Shown here: one piece after another, positions 38,155 to 54,011 of the stretch
Layout: each line of letters begins with the position of its first letter
Numbering within the stretch: the first letter of the stretch is position 1
Origin: the human T2T-CHM13v2.0 reference genome, Homo sapiens
Direction: 5' to 3' (one strand)
DNA: 64,000 nt
Assembly (NCBI RefSeq): GCF_009914755.1
Contig: NC_060926.1
Program-made: the position numbers and the translations under genes
Notes under the pieces: model-generated
What the model was told of the DNA's origin: nothing
Databases searched by the model: none
The model's input: only the letters and a program-made list of their open reading frames with translations

Positions 38155-39700
38155 AAGGCAAAAAACAGCAGTTGTTCCTGAGGATTTGGAGAAAGGAGAA
38201 CTTTTATACACTATTAAAAGGAATGTAAATGAGTACAGCCACTATGGAAAACAGTTTATAGAATTTTCCAAAAACTAAAATATAACTACCACGAGATCCA
38301 GCAATCCCGCTACTGGGTATTTATCCAAAGAAAAATAAATCAGTATATCAAAGGGATACCACTCCCATATTTATTGAAACAGTATTTACAATAGCAAAGA
38401 TATGGAATCAACCAAAGTGTCCAAAAATGAATAAAGAAAATGTACATTCCATTGTACATCACTTTCTGTGAATTCTTTCACAACACAGTTAAGCAATTAT
38501 ACATTCATTTATGTCCATATATGTACAAAAACATATGAAATATATAATATTAATAAAGATATAGAAATAATAAACAAGGCCTAATTGAAATTCTAGGTTA
38601 AAAAGTACAATAACTGAATAGAAGGATTCACTAGAAGACCTTAAAAGTATATGGTAACAAGAATAAAAATAAATCAATAAATTTGAGGCAAGATTGGTAG
38701 ACATTATGTAATCTGAAGAACACAGAGAAAAAAGAATGAAGAAAAGTGAATAGACCCTCAAAGAAATGTGTAATATCATTAAGGGCAGCAAGACACACAT
38801 ATTGGAGTACAAGAAGAAAGGAAGGGAGGAAAAATAAGGAGAGAGAGCAAAAGACAGAGATGGAGAGTAGAAAAATATTTGAAGAACGAATGGGCTAAAC
38901 TTTCCAAATATGATTTAAAAAATTAATCTACATGTACAAGAAGTTCAGTTAACATCAAGTAGAAAAAATGCAGATCAACACCCATACACATCCTAGTGAA
39001 ATGTTGCCAGCTAGATATAGAGAATACATTGAAAGAAATTAAAGCAATCATTTATTTACAAGGTAATCACCATAAGTTAGCAGTTCACTTTTCACCTAAA
39101 ATGATAAAAGCCATGAAGCATTGCCTAAAGTTCATCAACAGATTAATGTATAAAGAAAATGTGATATATACCACAATAGTATTATACACAATGGAATACT
39201 ATTTATTCATAAAACAATAAAATCCTGCCATTCATGGCGACATGAGTGACCCAGGAGGGCATTATGTTAAGTGAAATAAGTCAGGCACAGAAAAATAAAT
39301 ACCACAGATTCTCACTCATATGTGGGAGCTAAAAAATGTTGAACTCATAGAAGTAGAGAATATAATTGTGGTTCTTAGAGGCTAAGAAGGTTAGGGAGAA
39401 GGGAGGTTAGAAAGGGTTTGCTTAATGAAAACAAAATTATAGCTAGATAGGAGGAATAAATTCTAGTGTTCCGTAGTACTGTAATATTAATATAATTAAC
39501 AATAATTTATTGTCTATTTTCAATAGCTAGACGAGAGGACTTTGAATCTTACCAACACAAATAAATGATAACTATTTAAGGTGATAAATATGCTAATCAC
39601 TCTGATTTGATTATTACATATCGTATTTGTATATATCACAACATCACATGGATGTCATAAATATGTAAAATTATTAGATGTAAACCAAAAATGAAAGAAA
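38155..39700 (+). mobile_element. Cluster of L1 fragments: ORF2 3' piece (38155-38460), older ORF1 piece (about 38500-39110), L1MA 3' end (about 39120-39700)
   Basis: gatccagcaatcccgctactgggtatttatccaaag; aaagaatgaagaaaagtgaatagaccctcaaagaaatgtg; gctagataggaggaataaattctagtgttc. Confidence 0.75.
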
Positions 39701-39946
39701 AAATATGTAACATAAAAGGAAAAACACAAAATTATCAAATAGTGTTTATGTTATGAATTCACAAATAATAATCAGAGTAGATATGTGGTATTGCTTATGT
39801 TGACATATATGGATAAGACATGATCTTAAGAATTCATAGAAAAAACTAATTATAAAACTACACATAAAATAAAATTTCTAATTTTAAATGAGAATAATAA
39901 AATAAAATTGCATAATGTGTCAACACTAAATTGTAAATTTTTTTTT

Positions 39947-40016
39947 AACACAGAGTGGGAGAAAATATTTGCAAATTACCCACCTGACAAGGGATTAATA
40001 ACCAGAATATATAAAG
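39947..40016 (+). mobile_element. Isolated ~70-bp internal L1 ORF2 fragment between direct repeats
   Basis: acagagtgggagaaaatatttgcaaattacccacctgacaagggattaataaccagaatatataa ([19 protein letters not shown]); flanked by gtaaatttttttttaa and gtaaatatttttaa. Confidence 0.75.
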
Positions 40017-40034
40017 TAAATATTTTTAAAATCT

Positions 40035-40538
40035 GGATATTAGTTTTCCAGAAAACAGATATAACAGGATATACCTCTCTCTCTCATTCCCTTTCTCTCT
40101 CTCTCCCGTATCTATATAATATATAAAAATATTATATATATGTATTTTAAATGATTATTGAGCTTTCTTAAAATCTGTCATACATTAGAGAGAAGGAAAT
40201 TATAGAAATTGGCTCATGCAATTATGGAGACTTAGCAAGATCAAAATCTTTAGGGTAAGCCAGCAGGCTGGATACCCAGGGCAGAGTTTCAATTCAAGTC
40301 CAAAAAAGCCTGCTGCCATAATACTGTCTTCTAGGGAGATCAGTCTTTTTCTATTAAGCCCTTCAAATGTTTGGATAAGGCCTACCCACCATATGAAGGG
40401 TAATCTACTTTACTCAACTTCTACTGATTTAAATATTAATCTCATCTAAAAAATACTTTCTTAGAAGCATCTAGAATAACATTTGACCAAAACCTGGATA
40501 CCACAGCCTAGCCACAGTGACACATAAACAAATCATCA
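40035..40538 (-). mobile_element. MLT2D/MLT2C-like ERVL LTR
   Basis: aaattggctcatgcaattatggagact...ggataaggcctacccaccatatgaagggtaatctactttactcaa...cctagccacagtgacacataaa. Confidence 0.75.
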
Positions 40539-40642
40539 AAATCCAATATACATAATGAGTTGGTCCTTTCAAATTATTATTTGTTCTTTCAAGAATTTTT
40601 TTTCAATTTCTGCAGTATTTTAAATTTTTATTTCAATATTAT

Positions 40643-41142
40643 TTGGTAGATACTAAAATAGCTACAATTCTTTACCCCTTTCTTTTATCTCTGCACTTTA
40701 CAAGAGTGTTGTTTTTTCCCTAACTACTGAATCTGGGCTGTCCTTGTGACCTGTTTGGTAATATATTGCTTTAGATGTGAGTTATGCCAGTTCTAAAAAT
40801 AAGCCTTAAGGGACATTGTCTGCTTCCATTCTCTCACTTGTAACCTCTGCATTTGCCTTATGAACAAGGCTGGTTTAACTTTCTGGAGCCTGCGAGACAA
40901 TGTGGAACTGAACCTATTCAGCTCAGTTTCTACTAGCTCCAGTTCCAGAAATAATATCATACCTTACCAAGAACAGCAGAAATGCTTAGCCCACCTGAAG
41001 ACAACCATAGACGCAGGAAGGAACCTAGGAAATACCAGAGGGCAACCCATCAGATCCACATAGATTCATGAGCAACAAACTGTCTATTGTTTTGCCAGTA
41101 AATATGGCAGAATGTCTTGTTACACAGCAGAGTAACTGATAA
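40643..41142 (+). mobile_element. MLT1G/H-like MaLR LTR
   Basis: tgaatctgggctgtccttgtgacctgtttgg...gccttaagggac...ttgttacacagcagagtaactgata. Confidence 0.6.
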
Positions 41143-41404
41143 ATTTTATTTCTAAACCTTTATTTCTAAACCTTTCCACGTTCAAAATTGGATACATTTT
41201 GATATAATTTATACAACAGTTCAAGAACATCCATTCATTTTTCTCTCAAAACCTTGTGAATTGTTTTATTGTTCTCTAACATTTGATTTGCTGATAAAAA
41301 AAAATCTTAACCTATTCTGAATCTCGTATTGGTAGATTATCAAATTTTACTTTGGAGCTATCTGATTTTAATGTTATCCCTTAATATGTAAATGTTACCA
41401 GGAA

Positions 41405-41469
41405 TTGTCTTCTGTATATCTATATGTACATTTCAGCTTTGTCTTCTGTATATCTATATGTACATTTCA
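41405..41469. repeat. Perfect 31-bp direct repeat with a 3-bp spacer
   Basis: ttgtcttctgtatatctatatgtacatttca at 41405-41435 and 41439-41469, spacer gct. Confidence 0.95.
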
Positions 41470-42261
41470 ATCTTGAATAAGACATATTTCAGCATAGGAA
41501 TTTTTTCTAATGGATTAATGATTATCCAGCTCGTTCTTTTAATATCCAAGTTCTAGTTCACATAAAAATTTCTAGAAATGTCTTCTATGTAGTATAATTT
41601 TCATTTAAACTTATTTATTTTGGGTCTTCTTACTATAAACATTCAAAGAGCAAAATTATAATTAATGTCTTTTTAAGTAATATTCCATCTACAATTTAGT
41701 GCCTCTAAATATGAGACAATATGCAATTCTGTGTGTGTGTATATATGTGTGTGTGTATGTGTGTGTGTGTCTGTCTGTAGATGTTTTAATTTTACATAAA
41801 TGGTTCTGAGATTTTTTTTTTTCTCTACCTCTATACCATGTTCTGGTTTCTTGAACTCAATTTCTCATTAATTCTTTTCTTTTACATCTTGATAATTCTA
41901 ATTAGGATATTTTAAATTGTATTCAATGTTTTGGGTCAACTGAGTTTTAAAGGGAAGCCTTTGCTTTATCTCAGCTTGGAATCTCTTCTTTATATATATG
42001 AATTTTTACTATATTCAGAGCTGAAAAAGGAAATTTCTCCAATTTACTAAGTGAACATTATGTGATAAATAAGATTGCTTCATGGTACATCTTTGTGCCA
42101 TATTCAGCTGCTGTGAGATTAGACGTTGTCCTGGGTTTTAGCTGAAAAATTACCCAGTTCATTCTCAAAGTTTCCCTTCTTGTGTCTCTTTTGAATTATA
42201 GCTCTTCTTTCCTCATATTTTCCATATTGTCTTATATTTATCATCATCTACTATACTACAC

Positions 42262-43340
42262 TTCTTTATTTATATACTTTAAGTTCTGGGGTACATGTGG
42301 AGAGTGTGCAGGTTTGTTACATAGGTATACATGTGCCATGGTGGTTTGCTGCACCCATCAACCTGTCATCTACATTAGGTATTTCTCCTAATGTTACCCT
42401 CCCCTTGTCCCCCACCCCCTGACAGGCCCTGGTGTGTGATGTTCCCCTCCCTATGTTCACGTGTCCTCATTGTTCAACTCCTACTTATGAGTGAGAACAT
42501 GCAATGTTTGGTTTTCTGTTCTTGTGATAGTTTGCTGAGAATGATGGTTTCTAGCTTCATCCATGTCCCTGCAAGGGACATGAACTCATCCTTTTTTATG
42601 GCTGCATAGTATTCCATCATGTATATGTGCCACATTTTCTTTATCCAGTCTATTACTGATGGACATTTGGGTTGGTTCCAAATCTTTGCTATTGTGCTGC
42701 AATAAACATACGTGTGCATGTGTCTTTATAGTAGAATGATTTATAATCCTTTGGGTATATGCCCAGTAATGGGATTGCTGGGTCAAATGTTATTTCTAGT
42801 TCTAGATCCTTGAGGAATCACCACACTGTCTTCCACAATGGTTGAACTAATTTACACCCCCACCAACAGTGTAAAAGTGTTCCTATTTCTCCACATCCTC
42901 TCCAGCATCTATTGTTTCCTGACTTTTTAATGATCACCATTCTAACTGGTGTGAAATGGTATCTCATTGTGGTTTTGGTTTGCATTTCTTTAATGAGTGG
43001 TGATGATGAGCATTTTTTCATATGTTTGTTGGCTGCATAAATGTCTTCTTTTGATAAATGTCTATTCATATCCTTTGCCCACTTTTTGATGGGGTTGTTT
43101 TTTTCTTGTAAATTTGTTTAAGTTCTTTGTAGAGTCTTAAGTAGATTCTGGATATTAGCCCTTTGTCGGGTGGATAGGTTGCAAAAATTTCTTCCATTCT
43201 GTAGGTTGCCTGTTCACGCTGATGATAGTTTCTTTTGCTGTGCAGAAGCTCTTTAGTTTAATTAGATCCCATTTGTAAATTTCGGCTTTTGTTGCCATTG
43301 CTTTTGGTGTTTTAGACATGAAGTCTTTGCCCATGCCTAT
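42262..43340 (-). mobile_element. 5'-truncated L1PA7-like LINE-1 (3' ~1.1 kb)
   Basis: tactttaagttctggggtacatgtg...gccatggtggtttgctgcacccatcaac. ORF track 42818-43069 ([36 protein letters not shown]) and 43155-43352 are ORF2 C-terminal remnants. Confidence 0.9.
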
Positions 43341-43349
43341 ACAGAGTTT

Positions 43350-43560
43350 CATTAGTATGCACCAGGTACCATGCTGTATTTTATTTTATTTTTGCTTCTA
43401 TAGCCTATGTAAAGTCTCAAGAGCCCAATGAGGAAGGTACTTTAATACTATATTTATAGTTTGGGAAGCTTGGGCTACAGAAATTAGTCATCTTGTTCCA
43501 GATGGCATGGCTCTTATTTGGTAGAGCTGGTATCCTAACATATGTCTATCTGATTATAGT
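43350..43560 (-). mobile_element. MIR SINE relic
   Basis: atgcaccaggtaccatgctg...aatgaggaaggtac...cttgggctacagaaattagtcatcttgttcca...gtagagctggtatcctaac. Confidence 0.5.
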
Positions 43561-43603
43561 TATTTACCACCATATGGCTTATGGCAGGGCAGTAGAATTT
43601 GTT

Positions 43604-43632
43604 TTATCTATCTGTCTATCTCTCTCTCTCTT

Positions 43633-43665
<33 letters not shown>

Positions 43666-43724
43666 GCATCCATTTATCTACCTATCTAACCATCTACAAT
43701 GTGTATATATAAAAAGAACAATGT

Positions 43725-43756
<32 letters not shown>

Positions 43757-43757
43757 A
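43604..43757. repeat. (TCTA)/(TC)n and (TG)n microsatellites
   Basis: Directly visible. Confidence 0.9.
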
Positions 43758-44999
43758 TTTTTTAATGAGCTATTAGCAAATAATAGGGTTAAATGCATGG
43801 GTTCAGCTGATCATCTGGGAATCTGAAATTTTCCTGTTTCTCAATGGAAAACAGCTTATCTATAATTTAATGGAGAAATTTGTAAATGAAGATTAGCATA
43901 ACATTTGCCACTATTTGTTAATGTAAATTTTTGTTCAAATTTAATTAAATTCAAACTTTGAATTTAGATTAGACACCTATATAGGCTGTTTTGAGGAGTT
44001 CTGAAAGAAATTTGCTGTGCAGGAAGAATGAATGAATAAATGAATGAATGAATACAAGTAGGATCAAATTAGGCCTGGTAACATTATGCGGAAATGAGGG
44101 TGACTCATATAAAGTTACTGGGTTAATTTTAATACAGTTTCACATAACATAGCCTTAAATTTATAGTAAAAAAATTTGTTGACATTGTTGCAACATTAAA
44201 GAATGACAGATCATTCTTTGTATAATTTAGTCAGCACAAATATTTTAACTTTAAATAAGTCTCTAAAGGCAAATCTCAACATTTTCCAGTTCGGAGAGAA
44301 AAAAAGGACTATTCTGCCAAATTGCATACACAAGGGTATAGAAAAAATTTTAAAATGTTTGATTGTTTTATTCTTTAAACCTTTAGCCACCTTTGTCTGA
44401 AAGACAATTACCTTGGCTAATGTACAATTTAATTTATTTTAATGTCAGATTCTACTTCAGTAAGTACAGTGAATTTCTAAATTAGACACTATTTTAAAAT
44501 ATTTGTTTTTAAAATGTTTATGTATCTTTTAAGTAACCACTTAAATCAGCCCCTTTGTAATACAATAAGCTGCATATTATTATAGGTACTTTTAATTTAA
44601 ATTACATTTCCAACTTTGTAATCATATAAGCATATGTTCCACATAATGACAGTCATCAAGATAATATTGATGTATAATTCATTTTGGAAGTTAGCCACAT
44701 TCTTGCCTGCTCTGAACACAGAAACCTGTCATATGAATATATCATTCTATTTAGATTGGGAATTAGAATGTGTAGACTTTTATGACAGATCTTAGAAAAC
44801 AAAAACAAAAACTAAAACAAACAATAAATAGTGTTGTACCCCTATGTAGATCTATGATTAAAATTAGCTTCCATGTCTGGTTTTTATTGTTTATGTTTAT
44901 TTTGTTTTATTTATTTATATATTTTTAATTTCAACTTCAATATATAAATAAAAGAGATATGTAGTTAGGTTTCCCTGAGCAAATCCAATGCAAGTTCTT

Positions 45000-45180
45000 T
45001 TATTATTATTTTTATTTAATTGTGTTAAGAACACTTAACATGAGATCTACCCTTTTAACAGATTTTTAAGTGTACATTACCTCTTCTTAACTACAAGTCT
45101 AATGTCATACATTAGGTCTCTAGAGCTTATGCATGTAAAACTGCAACTTTATACTCATTGATTAGCAACTCTAAATCTTC
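45000..45180 (-). mobile_element. L1MB-type 3' fragment
   Basis: gttaagaacacttaacatgagatctaccttttaacagatttttaagtgtaca...tctctagagcttat. Confidence 0.7.
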
Positions 45181-45989
45181 CAAATGATATCTAAAAATAC
45201 ATCACAATCACATTCTAGAAATTCTTTGAGAGGAAACTGACGTAATCAATGTTTAAAAGATTTTCTTATACAATTGTATGTCACTTTGCAGAAGCCAGTT
45301 TAATAATTGCATTTTGGATGTTAGAAAATATGAACATCTGGTGGGAAAAATCCTTAGAACAAATATAAGATAGGATACAATATTCTATCAAAGGAAGGCG
45401 ATTACCTTGACAATTCTCTTATGGTTTGATTTGATTTATTTCTCTTCTTTATTTTCATTTAATTGCTATAGGTTTTTTGGGAAAGATATATAGCTTTTGG
45501 CAGAAGAAAATCAGTGACAATGACTTAGAAGAATCTTAATCTCATGAAAGAAATAAATGCTTGTCAGTCAAGAAGTTGTAACCTTTACCTTGTTTTGACC
45601 TTTACATTTTCAAGGTGAGCCTATTATTTGGAAGGGAGTAACACAAAACTCCACAGGATGCTCTATGATCAATACAATCAACAAACCTTCACACTGTATG
45701 TTTAAAGGTATTAAGAAGATAAACAAACACATCAGAATTTTACCAGTTGGAATAATCCTGTATTGGATGCTTGCCTCATTTGGGGATTTATAATTGATCT
45801 CTTCTCTATCCTGAACTTCACAGTATTACTCTCAATGACTCTACAAAAGAAAAGGAGAGCTGTTAGTTAAATGTTAGAAAATTTTTTGGTTTAAAATTGA
45901 AGACAACTTGCATATTTATTAATTATATAAGGTGAAACATGGGAAGGAAAAGTTATTTTTTAAATTAAATTTTTACCTATACTTGTCCC

Positions 45990-46430
45990 TATATTAGTCC
46001 ATTAAAATATTTTTGAGTACCTTCTATGTATATGTGACTGTTCTATTATGTGAGGACAGAGTAATAAACAAAATATACATGCTGTCTTCCCTTTTAGAGC
46101 ATATATGCTAGTGCAAAAATGAATGTTGAACACTTTGAGGGGACATTAAGATACGTAATCAAAATTGTGATAATAATCAGAAAGAAGAAGGATATGACTA
46201 GAGCATATGACAAAATGCCCTGACCTGACCTATAAGAAAACTTATTTGAGGAAGTTTAATTTTGTTGTCTTAAAAGATTAAAATAAATTAACTAGCTTGG
46301 GGGTATGTGACCTGAGTGAGAAGGTGAATTTAGGAGTGGAAGCAAGAGAGAAGAGATGTCCCAGAAAATGTAACACAAAGGTCAATATCACTGAGATGTG
46401 AAGGAGCATGTCACGTCAGGAACTGAGAGA
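45990..46430 (-). mobile_element. L2 relic, apparently interrupted by the L1PA and MER9 that follow
   Basis: atatttttgagtaccttctatgt...aggacagagtaataaacaaaatatacatgctgtcttcccttttagagcatatatgctagtg. Confidence 0.55.
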
Positions 46431-46434
46431 AAAC

Positions 46435-47200
46435 ATTATCATTAATTATCAGAGAAATGCAAATCAAAATGACAGTGAGATATCATCTCATATCACTCAG
46501 ATGGCTGCTGTTAAAATGTTAAAAAATAACAGATGCTGGTGAGGTTGTGGAGAAAAGGAAAGCCTTATACACTGTTGGTGGGAATGTAAATTGGTTCAGC
46601 CATCATGGACAGCAGTTTGCTGATCTCTCAAATAACTTAGTACAGAGCTACCATTCCACCTAGCAATTCCATTACTAGGTACATACACAAAGAGAGAAAT
46701 AAATCATTCTACCAACAAGACATATGCATGTGTACGTTCATTGCAGTGTTATTCACAATAGGAAGCCATGGAATCAACCTAGCTACCCGTCAACTGTGGA
46801 TTGGATAAAAATGTGGTACATGTACACCTTGGAATACTACATATCCATAAAAAGAACAAAATTATGTTATTTGCAGCAACATGGGTGCAGCTGGAGGCCA
46901 TTATCCTCAGCAAATTACTGCAGAAACAGAAAACCAAATACTGCATGTTGTCACTTATCAGTGGGAACCAAACATTGAGCACACATGGACATAAAGATGG
47001 GAACAATAGACAGTGGGCAGATTACTAGATGGGAGAGGGAGGGAGAAGGGAATGAGCTGAAAAACTACCTATTGGGTACTATGCTTGCTACCTGGGTGAC
47101 TGGATCATCTATACTCCAAAACTCAGCATCATGCAATATACCCATGTAACAAAACTGCATACGTACCTCCTGAATGTAAAATAAAAATTGAAAATAAAAT
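46435..47200 (+). mobile_element. L1PA15/16-like LINE-1 3' fragment
   Basis: cagagaaatgcaaatcaaaa...gctggaggccattatcctcagcaaatta...gaaaaactacctattgggtactatgc...aaaataaaaattgaaaataaaa. Confidence 0.85.
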
Positions 47201-47226
47201 ACTGGTAGAAAAATTTACAAAGCATG

Positions 47227-47860
47227 TGTTGGGGTGATCAGACCCAACACCAGACCGTGGGGGCTACGAAGTCCGGCAGAGTCAAAGGAATGAGATAAGA
47301 CAAGTTAAGGTGTAAAGTGGGACCGGGGGCCAACGCTAGTATGGAGGCTGCAAAGGCCCAGAGCTCTGGAAGCCCACACTATTTTTTGGTGATCAAACAA
47401 AGAAGCAGGTGGTAAGGATGTGGGGGTTGAAAGAAAGCGGTGCATCAAGTGCGTGATCTACAGCTGTGACAGTTTAGCATTTTCTTTGAAGCATATGGAA
47501 CATGTTCTGCTACTTGAGATAATGGGACACATGTTCTTCTGGTTTAAGACACAATCAATCCACAAGCCTGGGAGTGCCAGAAGCAAGGAGCTATCAAGTC
47601 TAGACACATTCCAGAGGCCATGAGTGGTTTTATGCCCTGAGCCCTGGATTCCATCCAAGCCACGAGGGGTTTTATGCCCTGGGCTTAGATTGTGGTGCAG
47701 CAGGGCAGCCTTCCGCCCTTTGGCAGAGAGCTTGGTGTTCCAAAGGCCTTGAGGGGCTTTAGACCCTGGACCCTGGACATGTTCCAAGACTCTTTTACAT
47801 TATGTCAGGCATGCAAGCCCTGCCTCAGCTTTTTTCCCAACACTCAGCTTTTTCCTAACA
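47227..47860 (-). mobile_element. MER9-family (HERV-K HML-3) solo LTR
   Basis: tgttggggtgatcagacccaacacca...gctttttcctaaca; TG..CA termini; direct repeat GCATG at 47222-47226 and 47861-47865. Confidence 0.85.
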
Positions 47861-48679
47861 GCATGTAGGGCAGATAATGAAGCCTGTAAAGCTACCAGGC
47901 TTTACTCTTTAATGGCATTTACCCTGAGAAGGCTCAGTCATCAGTACCTGTGTGAAAACTCTCTCTGTCTCACTTGGTTAAAGTTTTCATTTCTACTAGA
48001 TAAAGTTTGGTTTTGTTTTTGAAAATTGCAAATAAACAAGGGAGTAATATTTTGGAACTTTCCGAAAACACTGTTTATCCACAGAATTTGACAGTAATCC
48101 AGTTTGCCTGCATTTAGTTAGCTTTCCTTCCAGCTTTCCTTCTGTCCTTTCAACATGCATCATTTGGTCTTCGAGCATTCCCTTGCTTTCTGGCCAATGA
48201 CATTATGGGCTTACCTTGTATTTTCACTGGCTTAGATCTACGGCTAACATTTTTTTTTAAAGATCCCTGGCTTCTTTTATTGGAAAACTGTATTTAGTAA
48301 CTAAGATTTTGGTGCTGGATATGGCATTGCTTCTAGGTCTTTTCAGTGGAGATAGCTAGGGATTATATTTTGAAATTATGAATCATATTGTTTTATATAC
48401 TTATATTTGCAACAAAGATTTTCCTAATTTATTGGATTTTGTAATTTATTATATATTTATTTTTGCTCATATTGATTTCCTGTTTCTAATAACATCAACA
48501 TATTTATTTAAACTTATATATAAGATAGATTTAAAAATATCATCTTCAAAATTATTTCAAAAATAAAACTACTTAGTAAACTTTACAATTTCTTTTTTAT
48601 TCTTTTTGTATTTAAGATATAGTTTGCTAAATATTTGCAGAAATTAACTTGATTTTCAAGCTTATGATAAGCCTGGATA

Positions 48680-49129
48680 TCTGTTACTGTGGGTTTAGTT
48701 ATATGACACCAGTGCCTCCAAAATATGGTTCAAATTTCACCTCTAGATCATCAAATCACAACATAAGCAACAGATGTGCATTATAATCAGTGACCAGTCA
48801 TGTCACTTTTTTCAGTCTGCTGCTGATTGTTCACTTCACGTTACTCAGTTAATGCATGCCAATGAAATCATGGAGTGATATTGCCTCTTTATCTTTCAGT
48901 GATACACTTATGTGAGATTTTGAAAAGTGAAAAATCAAAGGTGGAATTGACCAGTAGATGTAAAAGTACAACAAATAAACAAAAATGGCAATGTTGAAAG
49001 TGAAACTGAAATTCAACAGAAATAAAAGAAATAGCAGACTGGGGGGATATTGACTTTGACACCATGATGCCAGAGGAACTTAGTGATGGCAAACTTATCA
49101 ATATAAAATGAGGATATTGGTTGTCAACT

Positions 49130-49130
<1 letters not shown>
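48680..49130 (+). mobile_element. TcMar-Tigger relic (Tigger13a-like)
   Basis: gccagaggaacttagtgatggcaaacttatcaatataaaatgaggatattggttgt resembles a Tigger transposase C-terminal remnant. Confidence 0.5.
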
Positions 49131-51360
<2,230 letters not shown>

Positions 51361-54011
51361 CCATATAGTTTGTTTGCTTTTAAGCTTTTTTAGTGGCAGT
51401 GTTGCTATAGTAATGACTTATTAAATCCTAACAGAATGCGGAAGTCTATAATCAATTTTATTATTCAGTTTAGTTTTGTTTAAGCTTCCTGTTTTAAAAA
51501 ATGTCTTTAATACATAACACATGACTATAAATAAAGATACTTAAAAACCACATTATGATTAAAACCACCAAAGCTGTTAGTGATTAATATACCAAGGGGA
51601 TAAGTAAACTAATCAATAACCACCGATTTACTCTAATTAATTCTTTAGATTATATAATTTATTTTTTTCTAAAAATAGAGATTGAAACAGAACCATAACC
51701 ACATGCATCTACTTAGGCTGTTCTATGTGCAGTTTGAGAAATCTGGACTAAATGGCCTTCAAAGAGTTTATATATTTATATATATTCAATAATTAATATA
51801 AAATGCATATAACTACATGTCATAAATATATATAAACAAAATTTGAGACATGTATGCTACTTTCAAGTTATTATTCTCCTGCCTATAACAACTGTGCCTC
51901 AGACTTCTTTTTTATAAAAATAATTTAAGTAGAATTATTTGTTGGTAGAATAATGAAGTGTCAGTACAAGTCTTCAGCTTTGCTTTCAACAAGTTTGCAT
52001 CTCATAAACTCATCCAAACTAAAAATGTGATAGCTTGCTTCATGAGCAACATTAGATCAATGATGTATAAAGTAAAAATATCAAGAAGATATTGAAAAGA
52101 GATATTCAGGAATAAAAACCTGAAGAAAATATTGCACAGGTAGTTCTTTTTAAACTAATTTCTCATACAGCGTGACTATATCTGTCGCTGAAATTGTTCT
52201 TGCTTATAGTCACACTCTTAATAAATCTGTCATAAAAATTTACTCAAATAAATGTTACATAACATTGTGATTGCTAAATACAACTATTTAAAAATCTTCT
52301 GAATACACTTTTAACATGAAATAAATTTTAGTGGTGAGTGCCAAAGTGAAGCTCTAGAGGAAATGCAAAGTCTGTCTATACTTGTATAAGTAATCACCCT
52401 CCAAGGCTTATGTTCAATGTATCCCAACTTACAAAAATGACAAAATAAAGAGGTATAAAGGGAATTTCTTTGACCATTTCATAGATCATTTCTCTATGCT
52501 TCTTTTCTCTTCAAAGAATTATGTTTCAATAATTTGCAGCTATGGAAACAAAATATGTCCTTGGTACCTGTTAAGTACAGTGTGCCACAACTGTGCTCTT
52601 TGCTAGAAATACACCAATTCATAATGCTGAGATGCTTCCAGTCTGGCAAAAAAAGTAAAACAAAATGAAAACACAGTTTCACAGTTTCATTGTGTTCTTA
52701 CTATTATTTGGCTGTTTATTGGCACCAATAGTGCTTTCACTTCCACATTCACTCTGTGTGTTTCATAGTGTTTTTCCCAAGTCCTATTTAGTGAAAATGC
52801 CCATTCTTCCAAAGTATTAATAACAATCTCAGCCATCAATTGGGAGAGCGTTGAGTTTTTTCAGCAATATAACATTAAGGTGTAAATGACTCATAGCCTA
52901 GATTTAAAGTATTAGTATCTGGAAGAATATTTTTATTTTTAATACAAAAGAATAAATCACTAGAAAAAGAATATTCACAATTCAAACTGATCTGGAGAAT
53001 TGTTGACAGGCATTATTTCACCCAGGGAATTTTAAACAGAAGAAGAAGATTTGGGGAACAGGCAATATGTCAATTTATTCCTAAAAGAGACTGCTCATCA
53101 ATTTGATAGCCATCACATTACAAATTAACTCCAAAGCCAATTTTTAATAAGTGATTTAATCTACTTTGGGAATTTGAAATTTGGGGCTTATCTTCATACA
53201 TACATGTACACTTAGTGATTGGAGACAATTGGTATTATAAGTACCCTGTGGCACAACCTTCCAAAGAGGAGGATTAGCAAAAATTTATATTCAATGTACA
53301 AACATTTAATAGCAAATTGGCACTGAAAAGTCAAACAATGGGTGTTGGTAAACAAGAGGAACTTACTCTCTGAAATTAGCTTAGAAAACATATATTAAGT
53401 ATAAGAAATTATCTTCCCACATAGACAATACAGAACAAACATTTTATTAATCAATTTAACCATTGTTTTCTCATTTCCTCACTGTCTCGTTTGTTGTTTT
53501 TATGACAGTGATAGATGCTCATGTGGACTTCAAAAAATTATACCATTTTTCTTTCTACCACTGAATTTTCCATGTTGATTGAGTTCAATAATATAATCTT
53601 GTGATTTAAAGACAGATTTTTAAAATGTGATTTTCACTGCATATTGTTTCTTCAAGGAACGGTTGTTTATCATGTATCATCATTTTTGTTTCTCCAGTTC
53701 TAAAAATAATTTTAACTCACATTTATGTCTGTGATTATAATGCTCATTTCTTGAACTTTTACATTACAGCCTTTCAGTTCTCGCATTTTTTACTTGCTCA
53801 CTTTACTAGTGTATGTATTTATGTATTGATTTCAAGTAGGTGACCTGAATTATTTGAGTCCCTAAAGTATGTATGTATTTCTCTGACTTTCCTTAAAGAA
53901 TACATTATGGCTGAGTGTACATTCTTGACCCCTCTGTAATCTTTTCAAAAATAGCATGAATGGTATTCACCTGTCTTATGGCATTTAGTATTGTTTGAGT
54001 AAATGTATAAG

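Noticed and set aside
47820-47860. Short duplicated terminus of the MER9 LTR (ctcagctttt..aaca twice)
   Set aside because: As I recall it is part of the family consensus rather than a locus-specific event; not verified.
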